Shown: positions 21,038-30,269 of the stretch, one piece after another
How the letters are laid out: each line of letters opens with the position of its first letter
Position numbering within the stretch: the stretch's first letter is position 1
NCBI GenBank assembly: GCA_965243135.1
Contig: OZ251539.1
Location: 2,880,001 to 2,944,000 of the forward strand
Origin: Alphaproteobacteria bacterium
Lineage (GTDB): Bacteria > Pseudomonadota > Alphaproteobacteria > MPNO01 > UBA830
Direction of reading: 5' to 3'
DNA length: 64,000 nt
Notes under the pieces: generated by a model
What the model was told of the DNA's origin: nothing
What the model saw: only the letters and a program-made list of their open reading frames with translations
Databases searched by the model: none
Translations under genes and position numbers: made by a program

Positions 21038-23242
21038 CTACCTGTGCCCCGTTTTGCTGGACTGACAGTATTCATCTTGAAGTTCCTGAAGGAAAGCCAT
21101 AGCGGCGAGTTGAGCGTAGCCGACCGGTTGCGAATCTGGCGGGTTGCGCTTGAAGTGGCCGCCCAGGGCGGCGATCAGGGAGACGGCCTCTCCGAGATTT
21201 TTCGGCGCGTGCTTGCGGCGCGGCGAAGATCGCCAGCATCCGGAGTTCGACGTCCGAGAACGGGATCTCGGGCGGCAGGTCGGACAATTCCCGTCCGGGG
21301 CGGGCCCGAATCCGCCAGGCGACGACCATTGCGGCGGCGCGCTGCAGGCGCTCGGCCGTCCGGTTCTCCAGGCAGCCGGACTTCAGGACCCGGAGATAAT
21401 CTTCAATTCCCCAACGCAGGCCGTACCACGGCGTTCGGCGTCGTCGCCATTCTCGACCGGCAGCGTCGTCAACAGGAACCGCCGGTCGGCTTCGGTTGGC
21501 GGGTTTTTCTCGCGGACATGCATGATCGTCACCTCGACGGGCGCCTTGCCCTTCGCCGGCAACTCGACCTTGAGGTAACGCAGCGCGACCGCGGCCTGAC
21601 GGGGCTCTCGCACGGCCTTCGCGGCCTGCTTGCTGGCGCGCGCGCTCAAACGCTTGAGGACGCGCTTGCCCCGCGCCGGGCTCTTCCGCACCTTGTCGAA
21701 CAGCTTGTCGGCATCGTCCTTGCCGAGAACCCGGTTCGTCTTCGCCCACACCAGGAGTTCCACTCCCGGCGTCCGCTCGCGGCACTCGACGAACGGCGAA
21801 GTCCGCCTCCCGGGACGCCGACCGCCTGCACGCCGTCGAGCGCCGCGGCAGCCTCGGCGCTGCGGCAGCCTCGGCGCTGCGGCAGCCTCGGCGCTGCGGC
21901 CCTCGGCCCTTCTTCTTCTCGCGAGGCTTGTCCTTCTCCGCGCCCGGCTGCGGCGCGTCGAACGCCGCCCGCAGAACCCCAAGCGGCAGCCCTTCCGCGT
22001 TCACCGCGGCGTGCAGGTTCAGACCGCGGGCCCCGGCGCCGGTCTGGTCCCCAACCCTTCCCCCACTTCGCGAAGTTCAGCGCGCTGCTGTCCTGCACGC
22101 ACAGCACCGTCCTTTCCCCCTGCCCGCAGCGTCTGGCGCCGGTGCAGGATGTCCTCCACCGTCACCGCTTCGCTGTCCGGCGTGCAGACGGTAGTAAGCC
22201 CTGGCTCGGTTCCCCCTCGCGGCGCCCGTGAATGCCGACGCCTCCGCCTGGCGCCAGGTCACCAGGCGCGCATCCCGGCGCACCGCCGAACTCCTGCTCC
22301 GCCCAGTTCTCCCGACCGGCGCCAACCTCCAACGGCACAAGTGGCGCGCGAGGCTCGCGCGCCCGCCAGTCCGCGTTCGTGACAGCCTTCGGCGTTGCCG
22401 CGTGGCCCTGTCGCCCCCGGCCGGCGGTCTCGCCACGCCGCCGCCCGAAAACTCGTTCCCGCATGCTGGTCTTTGTCTCCGGACGGGCGGTAGCGTTCCT
22501 CGAAATCGCCCCCCACCCTGCGGACCACGCCGCCCAGCACATGCGAGGTGCGGCACTCGACGCCGGGCCGGAAAGCGGCGCAAGCCGGCCGCCCGGTGCA
22601 AATGGGCGCGCCTTCCCGCGTCGTCCCAGCCGAAGGTCGCGGCACTCGAGCCTGTGCGCAGAGGCTGCGAACCCGACGGCCCCCAGCCAGCCATGCGCCG
22701 ACCCTGCCAGGTGCCGCAATTGACAACCGACCAACGGACCGGCGCCGCGCTCCTCCTCCGGCATCGTGTTCCATGCGCCGCTCGTCACCGGCGCCAGCTC
22801 CGGACCCTCGACCGCACCGACTTCCTCCGGTACGCTCTTCGGCGGAGGAACCGGTTCCGCAAGACGCCGCGGGCGCCGTGCGCCGCCGCCCGTCGGCAAC
22901 GGCAGCGAAATCCGCCCCGCCGCCTCGAACTCCGCCAACGCCTTCAGGCAGCCCGCTCGCTGCAGGCGGCCAAGCCCGTCCCGAAACCCGAACGCTACGC
23001 GACCTCGCTGCGACGAGCGAAGACCTCGTTCGCCAGCAAGCCTTGCAAGCGCGTAAAATCGCCCTGAAGGCTTTGCCGAATCTGATTCTGAACCTCCATG
23101 CCGGGCACCGTAGCGAATCGGCTGGCCAGAGTTCAGCAAAACGGGGCAACGGCAGGGCAAGCCGAAGGTCAAGGCCGACGACGACGGCAAGCCGCGGGCG
23201 ACGTCTCCGGAACCTCGCAGCGCGGCTCCCGGGAGCCACAAC
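21038..23242 (-). mobile_element. degenerate IS4-family element with a DUF4338-fused transposase
   Basis: N-terminal DUF4338-like fragments (PLVGCQLRHL, HGWLGAVGFAASAHRL), Tn5-like ENWAEQEFGGA, VLCVQDSSALNF, EGLPLGVLRA, WYGLRWGIEDYLRVLKSGC. Confidence 0.8.
21845..21900. repeat. 17-bp tandem repeat (gcggcagcctcggcgct) x3 inside the IS4 transposase
   Basis: Directly visible in the sequence. Confidence 0.75.
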
Positions 23243-23935
23243 TTCTCCCGGTCCAGGCCCTCGAGTTCCGGGGCGAAGACCGCGTCCAGCTCCGCGTCAG
23301 TGTAGCCGCAGATGGACGAGAACTCCGGCTCCAGCGTGACGCAGGTTGTTCAGGCCCGAGAACAGGCCCGCATGCGAGAACTTGCTCACGCCGGTAAGGA
23401 AGGCGAACATGCGCGTCGCAGTCCTTGACGACGCTGTAGAAGCCGCGCAGGAAGTCGCGGTTGGCCAGCGCCCGTTCCCGGTCGCCGAGCGCGGACCGGC
23501 TTGTCGTACTCGTCCACCAGCACGACCGCACGCCGCCCGGCGCACTCGTGCAGTTCGGAGATGGTGAAGGCGGTCGGAGGCGTCCGGGTAGCCGCATCGG
23601 ACGCCGGCGCGCTTTTCGGCGGCGTCGAGCTGCATCATCGCGTTCCTGTGCAGCCGGTCGGGATCGTCGAGCTTGCCGGAACCGAAGCTGATCCGCACGA
23701 CGGTGCGCCGACCAGTCCCACCCGCCGTGCACGGCGAGGCCCCGGAACAGCCCCTCGCTCCCCTCGAACAGCTCCTGCAGCGTGTCCACCAGCAGGCTCT
23801 TGCCGAACCGGCGCAGACGCGACAGGAAATAGTACTTACCCCCCTTCGACGAGGCGGCGCGCATGGTCCGTCTTGTCGACGCAGTCCATCCCCCGGATCT
23901 CCCGGAGGGAGGAAAAGCCGAGCATGCGTTTCGCC
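23243..23935 (-). pseudogene. AAA-ATPase/PD-(D/E)XK paralogue copy 9 (5' half, truncated by the IS4 element at LDREK)
   Basis: YYFLSRLRRFGKS, PDRLHRNAMMQLDAAEKR (copy 1 type), FLTGVSKFSHAGLFSG; frameshifted. Confidence 0.82.
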
Positions 23936-24079
23936 GCGAGAGTAGGCCGCCCCGCCCGTCAAGGAGGAGGCGGGTCTGCAGGCCGAACGCCGCGCCGGAG
24001 TTCCCACGCCTCCCCTGGCGGCGCGTCCCGTCGTGCCGCCTGCCGAAACGTCCGAACGGGACGTCGGCGGCTCCCGGCT

Positions 24080-25552
24080 TCAGACGGTCTCGAACTCGAA
24101 CCCGACGATGTTGCGCTCCTCCCGGCCGAACTCGATGCCGATCAGGTGGACCGGCACGCCCGGACTCCGGTACTTGTCCGCGTAGCCGCGTTCCCGAATC
24201 TGCGCCAGCGCCCGGCCTTCCGGCTTCCCGTCCGCGACCTTGAACTCGAACAGGTAGACGCTGCCGCCGTACAGGACCGCAAGGTCCGAACGGCCGCGCG
24301 CCGTGCTCTCCTCCGCGCGGACGTCCATCCCCGCCGCCACGAAGTGCGAGTAGAGCACGCTCGCATAGTGCGCCTCGTAGCCCGCCATGCCCGTGTTCGC
24401 GTACCACTCGTTCGGAATGCTCGCCAGGAACGCCCGGAACAGCCGCTCGAGGCCCGCGAAGTCGTTCGCCCGCATCAAGCGGCGCAACTCCCGGCTCCCC
24501 GCCGCGACCGCGACGTCCGGCGCCATTGCCTCCAGCAGAAGCGCGTTCAGGCTGCGCTTCACCTCATGGTTCGGGTAGTCCAGCCGGTAAAGAAGCGCGT
24601 CGTCGTCCAGTTCCTTGTCGGCGATGGTCAGGTAGCCGGTCTGAAACAAAAGCGCCTCGACGGGAATGCGGTCGATGTCGATGGCCGACAGCAGCGCGTC
24701 GTCCGCGATCATGCCCTCCAGGGCCGGCGCCGAGACCCGGCGCCGCGACAGAAGGTCGGCGAGGAAGGTCGGCGTGCCGGTCCGGAACCAGTGCGCCTCG
24801 AACTGGCGGCGCCGGAAAAGCAGCAGGATGTCGTGCGGGTTGTAGACCCTCTCCGATCCGAGCCAGTTGTAGCCGTTGTACCAGCGCCGGACCTTGTCCC
24901 GGTCCAGGCCATCGAGTTCCGGAGCGAAGACCGCGTCCAGCTCCGCATCCGTGTAGCCGCAGATGGCCGAGAACTCCGGCTCCAGCGTGACATCGATCAG
25001 GTTGTTCAGGCCCGAGAACAGGCCCGCCTGCGAGAACTTGCTCACCCCCGTCAGAAAAACGAAACGGAGCTGCCTGTCGCAGGCCTTGATCGCCCCGTAC
25101 AGGCTGCGCAGGAAGTCGCGGTTGGCCAGCGCCAGTTCCCGGTCGCCGAGCGCGTCCAGAATCGGCTTGTCGTATTCGTCGACCAGAACGACCGCCCGCT
25201 GCCCGGTGCGCTCGTGCAGCGCCTCGATCAATTCGTGGAAACGGACCGCCGCCCCGGCGGGGCCCGGTTCGAGGCCGGCGCGCCTCTCCGCCGTCGCCAG
25301 CTGCCTTTCCACGGTTCCCCGAACTCCGTCCGGGCCGTCGAAGCGGCCCACGCCGCTGAAATCCAGCCGCACGACCGGGTGGCGTGCCGACCAATCCCAC
25401 CTGCCGTGCACGGCGAGGCCCCGGAACAGCTCCTCGCTCCCCTCGAACAACTCCTGCAGCGTGTCCACCAGCAGGCTCTTGCCGAACCGGCGCGGACGCG
25501 ACAGGAAATAGTACATAAGGCACGGGCAGTCGTAGCGCCGACCAACGTTCAC
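24080..25552 (-). CDS. AAA-ATPase-like + PD-(D/E)XK nuclease protein, copy 10, open frame with a replaced N-terminus
   Basis: All motifs from YYFLSRPRRFGKS to FEFETV are present; the usual first ~35 aa (LPTG..YYVDKT) are replaced by MNVGRRYDCPCLM. Confidence 0.85.
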   Translation of the reverse strand: MNVGRRYDCPCLMYYFLSRPRRFGKSLLVDTLQELFEGSEELFRGLAVHGRWDWSARHPVVRLDFSGVGRFDGPDGVRGTVERQLATAERRAGLEPGPAGAAVRFHELIEALHERTGQRAVVLVDEYDKPILDALGDRELALANRDFLRSLYGAIKACDRQLRFVFLTGVSKFSQAGLFSGLNNLIDVTLEPEFSAICGYTDAELDAVFAPELDGLDRDKVRRWYNGYNWLGSERVYNPHDILLLFRRRQFEAHWFRTGTPTFLADLLSRRRVSAPALEGMIADDALLSAIDIDRIPVEALLFQTGYLTIADKELDDDALLYRLDYPNHEVKRSLNALLLEAMAPDVAVAAGSRELRRLMRANDFAGLERLFRAFLASIPNEWYANTGMAGYEAHYASVLYSHFVAAGMDVRAEESTARGRSDLAVLYGGSVYLFEFKVADGKPEGRALAQIRERGYADKYRSPGVPVHLIGIEFGREERNIVGFEFETV

Positions 25553-25558
25553 GCCGCC

Positions 25559-25587
25559 AAAGTGAACGGAGTTCGGCCAGGTGTCAA
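25559..25587 (-). promoter_or_regulatory. candidate promoter for copy 10 (TTGACA-17-CACTTT-6-GTG), overlapping the pilN start
   Basis: Same spacing as the other array promoters although the sequence is unrelated. Confidence 0.4.
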
Positions 25588-27110
25588 GACCGTTCGCGGC
25601 GATTCTGCCGTTCCTGCCCGTCCTGCTGGCGGCCTGCGGTCAACCGGAGCTTCGAACCGCCGACCGGGCGGCGGCGGAGGCCGGCCGCGCGATCGCGGAA
25701 CGGCTCGAGGCGCCGCCGGACCGCTATTCGTCGATTCGCGTCGCTGACCGTCCCTGGGTCGGCATGACGGCGCTTCCGGAGGACCGGCAGCGCCGCGATC
25801 TCCTCTCCGCCGAGCCGGTTACGCTGCCGCTGCGCGGCGACGAGACGGACGGGGTGCTGGCGCGGCGGCTCGAGGCCGCGCTCGACGGAATGCGGATTTC
25901 GTTCGCGGGTTCCGCGCCCGAAGGAGTTTCCCCGGCGATCGGGGTTTCGCGGGACGCGCTGTCGCCGGCGGGCGATCTGTGGACCGGCCCCCCGGCGGAC
26001 CTGCTCGACGCCTGGACGGCGGCGCGCGGCTACGAATGGCGCTACGATCCCGACGGAATGCGGATCGCCGTCCTGCGCTCGCGAACCGTGGTGTTCCGGA
26101 TCGCCGCCCTTGCCGGCGTACAGACATGGGCGGTGAGTTCGTCGGCCCGGGACCGGGAAGGCCAGGACGGCAGCGCCAATCTCACCAGTCAGCAGGTTTC
26201 GGCGGAGGCCCGGTACGAGCCGTGGCAGGAGATCGCGGCGCAGCTGAAGACGCTGGCCGGCGAGGGGACGCGCATCTCGGTGGCGCCGTCCTCGGCGTCG
26301 GTCACGGTGCGCGGCCTGCCGCGCGAGATCGCGCGCGTGCGGAACTTCCTGGCGCATCTCAACCGGGAAGTCCTGCGCCCGGTGACGATTACGGCGCACG
26401 TCTACACCGTGCGCTACGAGCGGTCGGCCGACTACGAACTCGGCATGCTCGCCGCGCTGCAAAGGATCGGCACTGGCGCCGGCGGCGGCTTCGACGTCGA
26501 GGTCGGCCAGGGCCGGATCGGGATCGTCAAGCCGGGGACCGGCGCCGAGGACACCCTGCAGGCGACTCTGCGGGCGCTGTCGCAGGCGGGCACGGCGTCG
26601 CGGGTGCTGAGCGCCGACGTGCCGAGTCTGAACGGGAGGCCGGCGCAGTTCTTCGAGCTGTTCCGCGAGAGCTACCTGAAGGAGATCCGCACCACGGTTT
26701 CGGACGGCGCGCCCCAGACCCAGCTCATTCCCGGCACGATCTCCTCCGGCTTCTCCCTGTCCTACCTGCCGCGGATCACGGCCTCCGACGAAGTGCTGGT
26801 CCGGCTGTTCGCCTCGCTGCAGGACCGCCCCGCGTTCACGGAGTTCGCGTCGGCGTCGCAGCGCATCCAGCTGCCGGCCTACGCCGCCCGCGCCGTCCAG
26901 GTGACGCAGCGAGTGCGGCACGGCGAGACGCTGGTGATCACCGGGTTTCGCGACCGCGCCGCGTCGTCGGAACGGGCGGGCACGTTCCTGTCCGCGCTGC
27001 CGTTTCCCGAGGGCAAGCGCGAAGCCGGGCAGCGGCGCTTCGAGCAGGTCCTTCTCGTCACGGCGCGGATCGGCGATCCGCTCGGGATTTCCGAGGGAGA
27101 AGAGCTGTGA
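25581..27110 (+). CDS. pilN: type IVb pilus secretin lipoprotein PilN/BfpB-like
   Basis: Lipobox LLAAC; secretin features SVAPSSASVTVRG, LNGRPAQF..ESYL, PGTISSGFSL, VRHGETLVITGF; first gene of the pil cluster. Confidence 0.85.
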   Translation: MSRPFAAILPFLPVLLAACGQPELRTADRAAAEAGRAIAERLEAPPDRYSSIRVADRPWVGMTALPEDRQRRDLLSAEPVTLPLRGDETDGVLARRLEAALDGMRISFAGSAPEGVSPAIGVSRDALSPAGDLWTGPPADLLDAWTAARGYEWRYDPDGMRIAVLRSRTVVFRIAALAGVQTWAVSSSARDREGQDGSANLTSQQVSAEARYEPWQEIAAQLKTLAGEGTRISVAPSSASVTVRGLPREIARVRNFLAHLNREVLRPVTITAHVYTVRYERSADYELGMLAALQRIGTGAGGGFDVEVGQGRIGIVKPGTGAEDTLQATLRALSQAGTASRVLSADVPSLNGRPAQFFELFRESYLKEIRTTVSDGAPQTQLIPGTISSGFSLSYLPRITASDEVLVRLFASLQDRPAFTEFASASQRIQLPAYAARAVQVTQRVRHGETLVITGFRDRAASSERAGTFLSALPFPEGKREAGQRRFEQVLLVTARIGDPLGISEGEEL

Positions 27111-28318
27111 GCGTCGTCGTTCTCGCGGGCGAACGCTACGCGGCCGGCCTCGACTGGATGGATCGCCGCGGCGACGCGGAAACCGCGCGCCGCGCCCGCG
27201 AGTACGACCGGCCCTACGTCGTGCACTGGCGCTCGCAGACCGGCTACGGTCCCGGCGAGCCGGAAAGCGCGGAGGGCCTGCCGAGTCTGGCGGCGGCGCT
27301 GTCGGCCCATCTCGACGCGGCGTCCTTCGTGGCGCTGGTCGAGGGCCAGGGCGGCCGCTTCGCGCTGGTGCGCTCCCGCAACGGGCTGATCCTGGCCGAC
27401 GGCGACGAGACGTTCGACGCCCGCGAGGCGGCGATCGCCGCCTTCGAGCGCGCCCGCCAGGCGGGCGGCTGGGGGCTCCACGCCACGCCGGGCCTGGTCG
27501 AGGGAGCGGTCGATCTGGACCGTCCACCGCCTGCGGAGGAACACCGGTTGTCCGCGGCGCCGCGGGTCCGGTCGCCCGCCGCGCCGCTCGCCGCGGGCGG
27601 CCTCCTCGTTCTGCTTCTGGCGGCCGGCGCCGCCTGGCACTGGCAGGAGACCCTGCGGCGCTGGTACGCGGGGCCGCCGCCCGTTCCTCCGAAGCAGGCG
27701 CCGGCGCCGGAGCCGCAAGTCCTCGCCGCGTTCGATCCGGTCGCCCTGATCGAAGGCTGCCGAAGGGAGATCGAACGCCGCCCGCCCTGGCTGCCGGCCT
27801 GGCAGCTGCACAGCCTGACCTGCGAGGCGGCGTTCGCCGACGCCGGGCTGGCGCCGTTGCACCCGGAAATCCGCGGCCGGCCGGCGCTGGCGGCGCGGTG
27901 GACGCTTCCGGGGGATCGCCCGCGGCCGCTGCACCGGCAGATCGCCGAGGCCCGCCTCGCCGACTGGCCCTCGGCGGCGGTGGTCGACGCCACCGCCTGG
28001 GCGCTGGCCTCGCTTTCCCCGGTGCTGCGGATCGCGGCGGAGGAGCCGCCGACCTTCCGCCAGCTGCGGCGCGCCCTCGACCGCAGGCTGGGCACGGCGG
28101 GAGTGGAGCTCCGCTACGCCCCGAAGGAGCGCCGCGTGACGCTGCGCACCGGGCATCCGCTGCCGCGGATCGCCGCGCTCGCCGCCGCCGTTCCGGGCCT
28201 GGAAATCACGAGCCTTTCTCGCGAGGGCGGCGGCTGGCGGCTGGAAGGCCGCCCGCTCCGGCCGGCCTCGCTGCCCGAATCGCGGTTCCGCGAACTGACA
28301 GGGGAGACCCTCCGATGA
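27107..28318 (+). CDS. pilO: type IVb pilus accessory protein PilO2-like
   Basis: GTG overlaps the pilN stop; YAAGLDW N-terminus, GLPSLAAAL, one central TM helix; position after pilN. Confidence 0.7.
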   Translation: MSVVVLAGERYAAGLDWMDRRGDAETARRAREYDRPYVVHWRSQTGYGPGEPESAEGLPSLAAALSAHLDAASFVALVEGQGGRFALVRSRNGLILADGDETFDAREAAIAAFERARQAGGWGLHATPGLVEGAVDLDRPPPAEEHRLSAAPRVRSPAAPLAAGGLLVLLLAAGAAWHWQETLRRWYAGPPPVPPKQAPAPEPQVLAAFDPVALIEGCRREIERRPPWLPAWQLHSLTCEAAFADAGLAPLHPEIRGRPALAARWTLPGDRPRPLHRQIAEARLADWPSAAVVDATAWALASLSPVLRIAAEEPPTFRQLRRALDRRLGTAGVELRYAPKERRVTLRTGHPLPRIAALAAAVPGLEITSLSREGGGWRLEGRPLRPASLPESRFRELTGETLR

Positions 28319-29667
28319 CCTTCCGCGCCGTCCTTCTTTCCGGCGCCGTCCTGGCCGCGGCGGCCTCCGCGGCGGCGGCGCAAACCCCGGATCTGCGGGT
28401 CTTTCGCGAAGAGGCGCTGGCCCATGCGCTGGCGCTGGAGAACGCCTTTCGCCGTCTCGAGGAGCACATTCTCGCCCGGTCCGCCGCCGCGACCGCGTGG
28501 ACCGGCTCGACGCCGCCGGCCTCGACCGGCTGGAGGGACGCGTGGACCGCGCGCGGCCTGCGGGCGCGGTACTGCGGCGACGTGCTGCTGGTCTACTACG
28601 AGCCGGCGCGCCTGAAGGGGGTGGGGACCGACCACGGCGCGGTGCGGGCGGCCCCGTGGACGTACGCTCCGCGGACGCAACGCGCGCCGGCGCTGCACCG
28701 GCTCGACGGCAACGTCGCCCGCGGCGGCGTCGGGCGCGGCGACACGGCCCTCCCCGCCTGCCTTTCGGGCGCGGCTTTCGGCGGCGCGCTGCCCTCGGGG
28801 CGCGCGGCGCGCGCGGGACGGGTGCTCGATCCGTTCGTGCACACCCGCACCCGCGCGGCCTTCGAGACTCGCGTGCAGCCCTGCCCGGCGGGCTTCCATG
28901 CGTCGCACGCCGCAGGGGCGGGACGGACGGTCGGACGATCGCAGATCCGCGAGGTCCGGCAGACCGTGACCCGGCGGGGCGTCGACGTCGGCGGTCCGGT
29001 CCGCGGCGCCTGGCGAACCGTCGCCGACAACTGCCGCGCGGACTACGCGGTCGAGGAGACCGGCACGCAGGCCTGTCCGGCGCCGGCGGGCTGGCAGGGC
29101 GGCGAGGCGGAACTGCCGCAGCGCGTCCGGCGGCGGACCGGGACGGTCACGGCGTCGGGAACGGCATGGGGCGCATGGCGGATCGTGGAGGACAACTGCT
29201 GGGTCGCCACGGCGGCGGCCGATCCGTCCGCGACGGTGACGGTTCGGGCGGGCGCGCGGGAGACGCGGGCGATACCGTGCCCGCCGGGCTGGCCGGGGAC
29301 CCCGGGACTGGAAGCGCGGACGGGGCCGGGCAGCCGGAAGATCGATTATTCGTTCGGCGGAAGTTCGACCGGGACGATCGCAGCCGCCCCGTGGGCGACG
29401 ATCCGCGCCGCGAACTGCTCGCGGCCGCCGCTGCCGCCCGCTTCCTCCGGGCCAGGAAGTTCCGGAAGCGCGTCGTCCGGCGGCGCGGGCGGGCCGGGAG
29501 GTTCCGGAAGCGCGTCGTCCGGCAGCGGCCCGATGGGCGGGCCCGGCGGCGTCGACGCCGGCTACGACTACGACACCGGCGGCAGCAACGCGGACGACGG
29601 GGACGACGGCGGCGACTCGCCGGACGACTCGGGAGACGACGCCGGCATGGGCGGAGAGGACGTTTAG
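28315..29667 (+). CDS. secreted Cys-rich pilus-associated/adhesin-like protein with a Gly/Ser/Asp-rich tail
   Basis: Signal peptide MTFRAVLLSG...AAAAQ; repeated CP.G...W....NC modules; acidic low-complexity C-terminus. Confidence 0.6.
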   Translation: MTFRAVLLSGAVLAAAASAAAAQTPDLRVFREEALAHALALENAFRRLEEHILARSAAATAWTGSTPPASTGWRDAWTARGLRARYCGDVLLVYYEPARLKGVGTDHGAVRAAPWTYAPRTQRAPALHRLDGNVARGGVGRGDTALPACLSGAAFGGALPSGRAARAGRVLDPFVHTRTRAAFETRVQPCPAGFHASHAAGAGRTVGRSQIREVRQTVTRRGVDVGGPVRGAWRTVADNCRADYAVEETGTQACPAPAGWQGGEAELPQRVRRRTGTVTASGTAWGAWRIVEDNCWVATAAADPSATVTVRAGARETRAIPCPPGWPGTPGLEARTGPGSRKIDYSFGGSSTGTIAAAPWATIRAANCSRPPLPPASSGPGSSGSASSGGAGGPGGSGSASSGSGPMGGPGGVDAGYDYDTGGSNADDGDDGGDSPDDSGDDAGMGGEDV

Positions 29668-29687
29668 GAAGCGCGGGAGGAAGGAAC

Positions 29688-30269
29688 ATGACCGGATTGC
29701 CCGGCGTCCGGCCGGCGACGCTTCTCTTTTTTCTCGGGGCGCTTGCGGTTCCGGCCGGCGAGACCCGGGCGGCGGATCCGCCGACGCCCGCGCGGGACGC
29801 GCCCGCAGCCCGGGAGGGGATGGCCGCGCCGGCTTCCGGCGGCGCGCCATGTCCGATGGCGCTTCTGCGCGAGATGCTCGGGTCGGCGGCCGAAGGCGGC
29901 GGGGTGGTTTCGGCGCTGGCGATCGAGCGCGAGGCGCTGATCCTGTGCGCGCGGCGCGAGGAGGCGGCGAAGCGCGTGCTGGAACTGGAGAGCGAACTCC
30001 GCGCCTTCCTGCCGCGACCCGAGGCTCCCGCGCCGGCCGCGCGGCCGGAGCGGCCGGAGCGCTCGGCGCCGAACTACGGCTGGTTCTCGATCCTCGGTTC
30101 CGGCGACCGTCTGCGGGCCGGGGTGACCGACGGACGGCGCAACTGGTTCGTGCGCCCCGGCGACCGGTTGCCGGGCGGCGCGCGCATCGGCGCGGTCCGT
30201 CCGTCCGGAGTGAGCCTGTCGGGGGGCGGCCTCCTGCCGTACCGGGCGCCGCCGGGACGGGCGCCGTGA
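29688..30269 (+). CDS. pilP: type IVb pilus PilP-like protein
   Basis: RBS ggaggaagg; signal peptide; C-terminal SILGSGDRLRA...VRPGDRLPGGARIGAV typical of PilP. Confidence 0.65.
   Translation: MTGLPGVRPATLLFFLGALAVPAGETRAADPPTPARDAPAAREGMAAPASGGAPCPMALLREMLGSAAEGGGVVSALAIEREALILCARREEAAKRVLELESELRAFLPRPEAPAPAARPERPERSAPNYGWFSILGSGDRLRAGVTDGRRNWFVRPGDRLPGGARIGAVRPSGVSLSGGGLLPYRAPPGRAP

Noticed and set aside
700-25747. Long plus-strand ORFs over the array (e.g. 700-2259, 5152-7584, 13930-15474, 15864-18530, 23501-25747)
   Set aside because: Antisense shadows of the GC-rich minus-strand genes; they have no motifs and repeat only because the real genes repeat.
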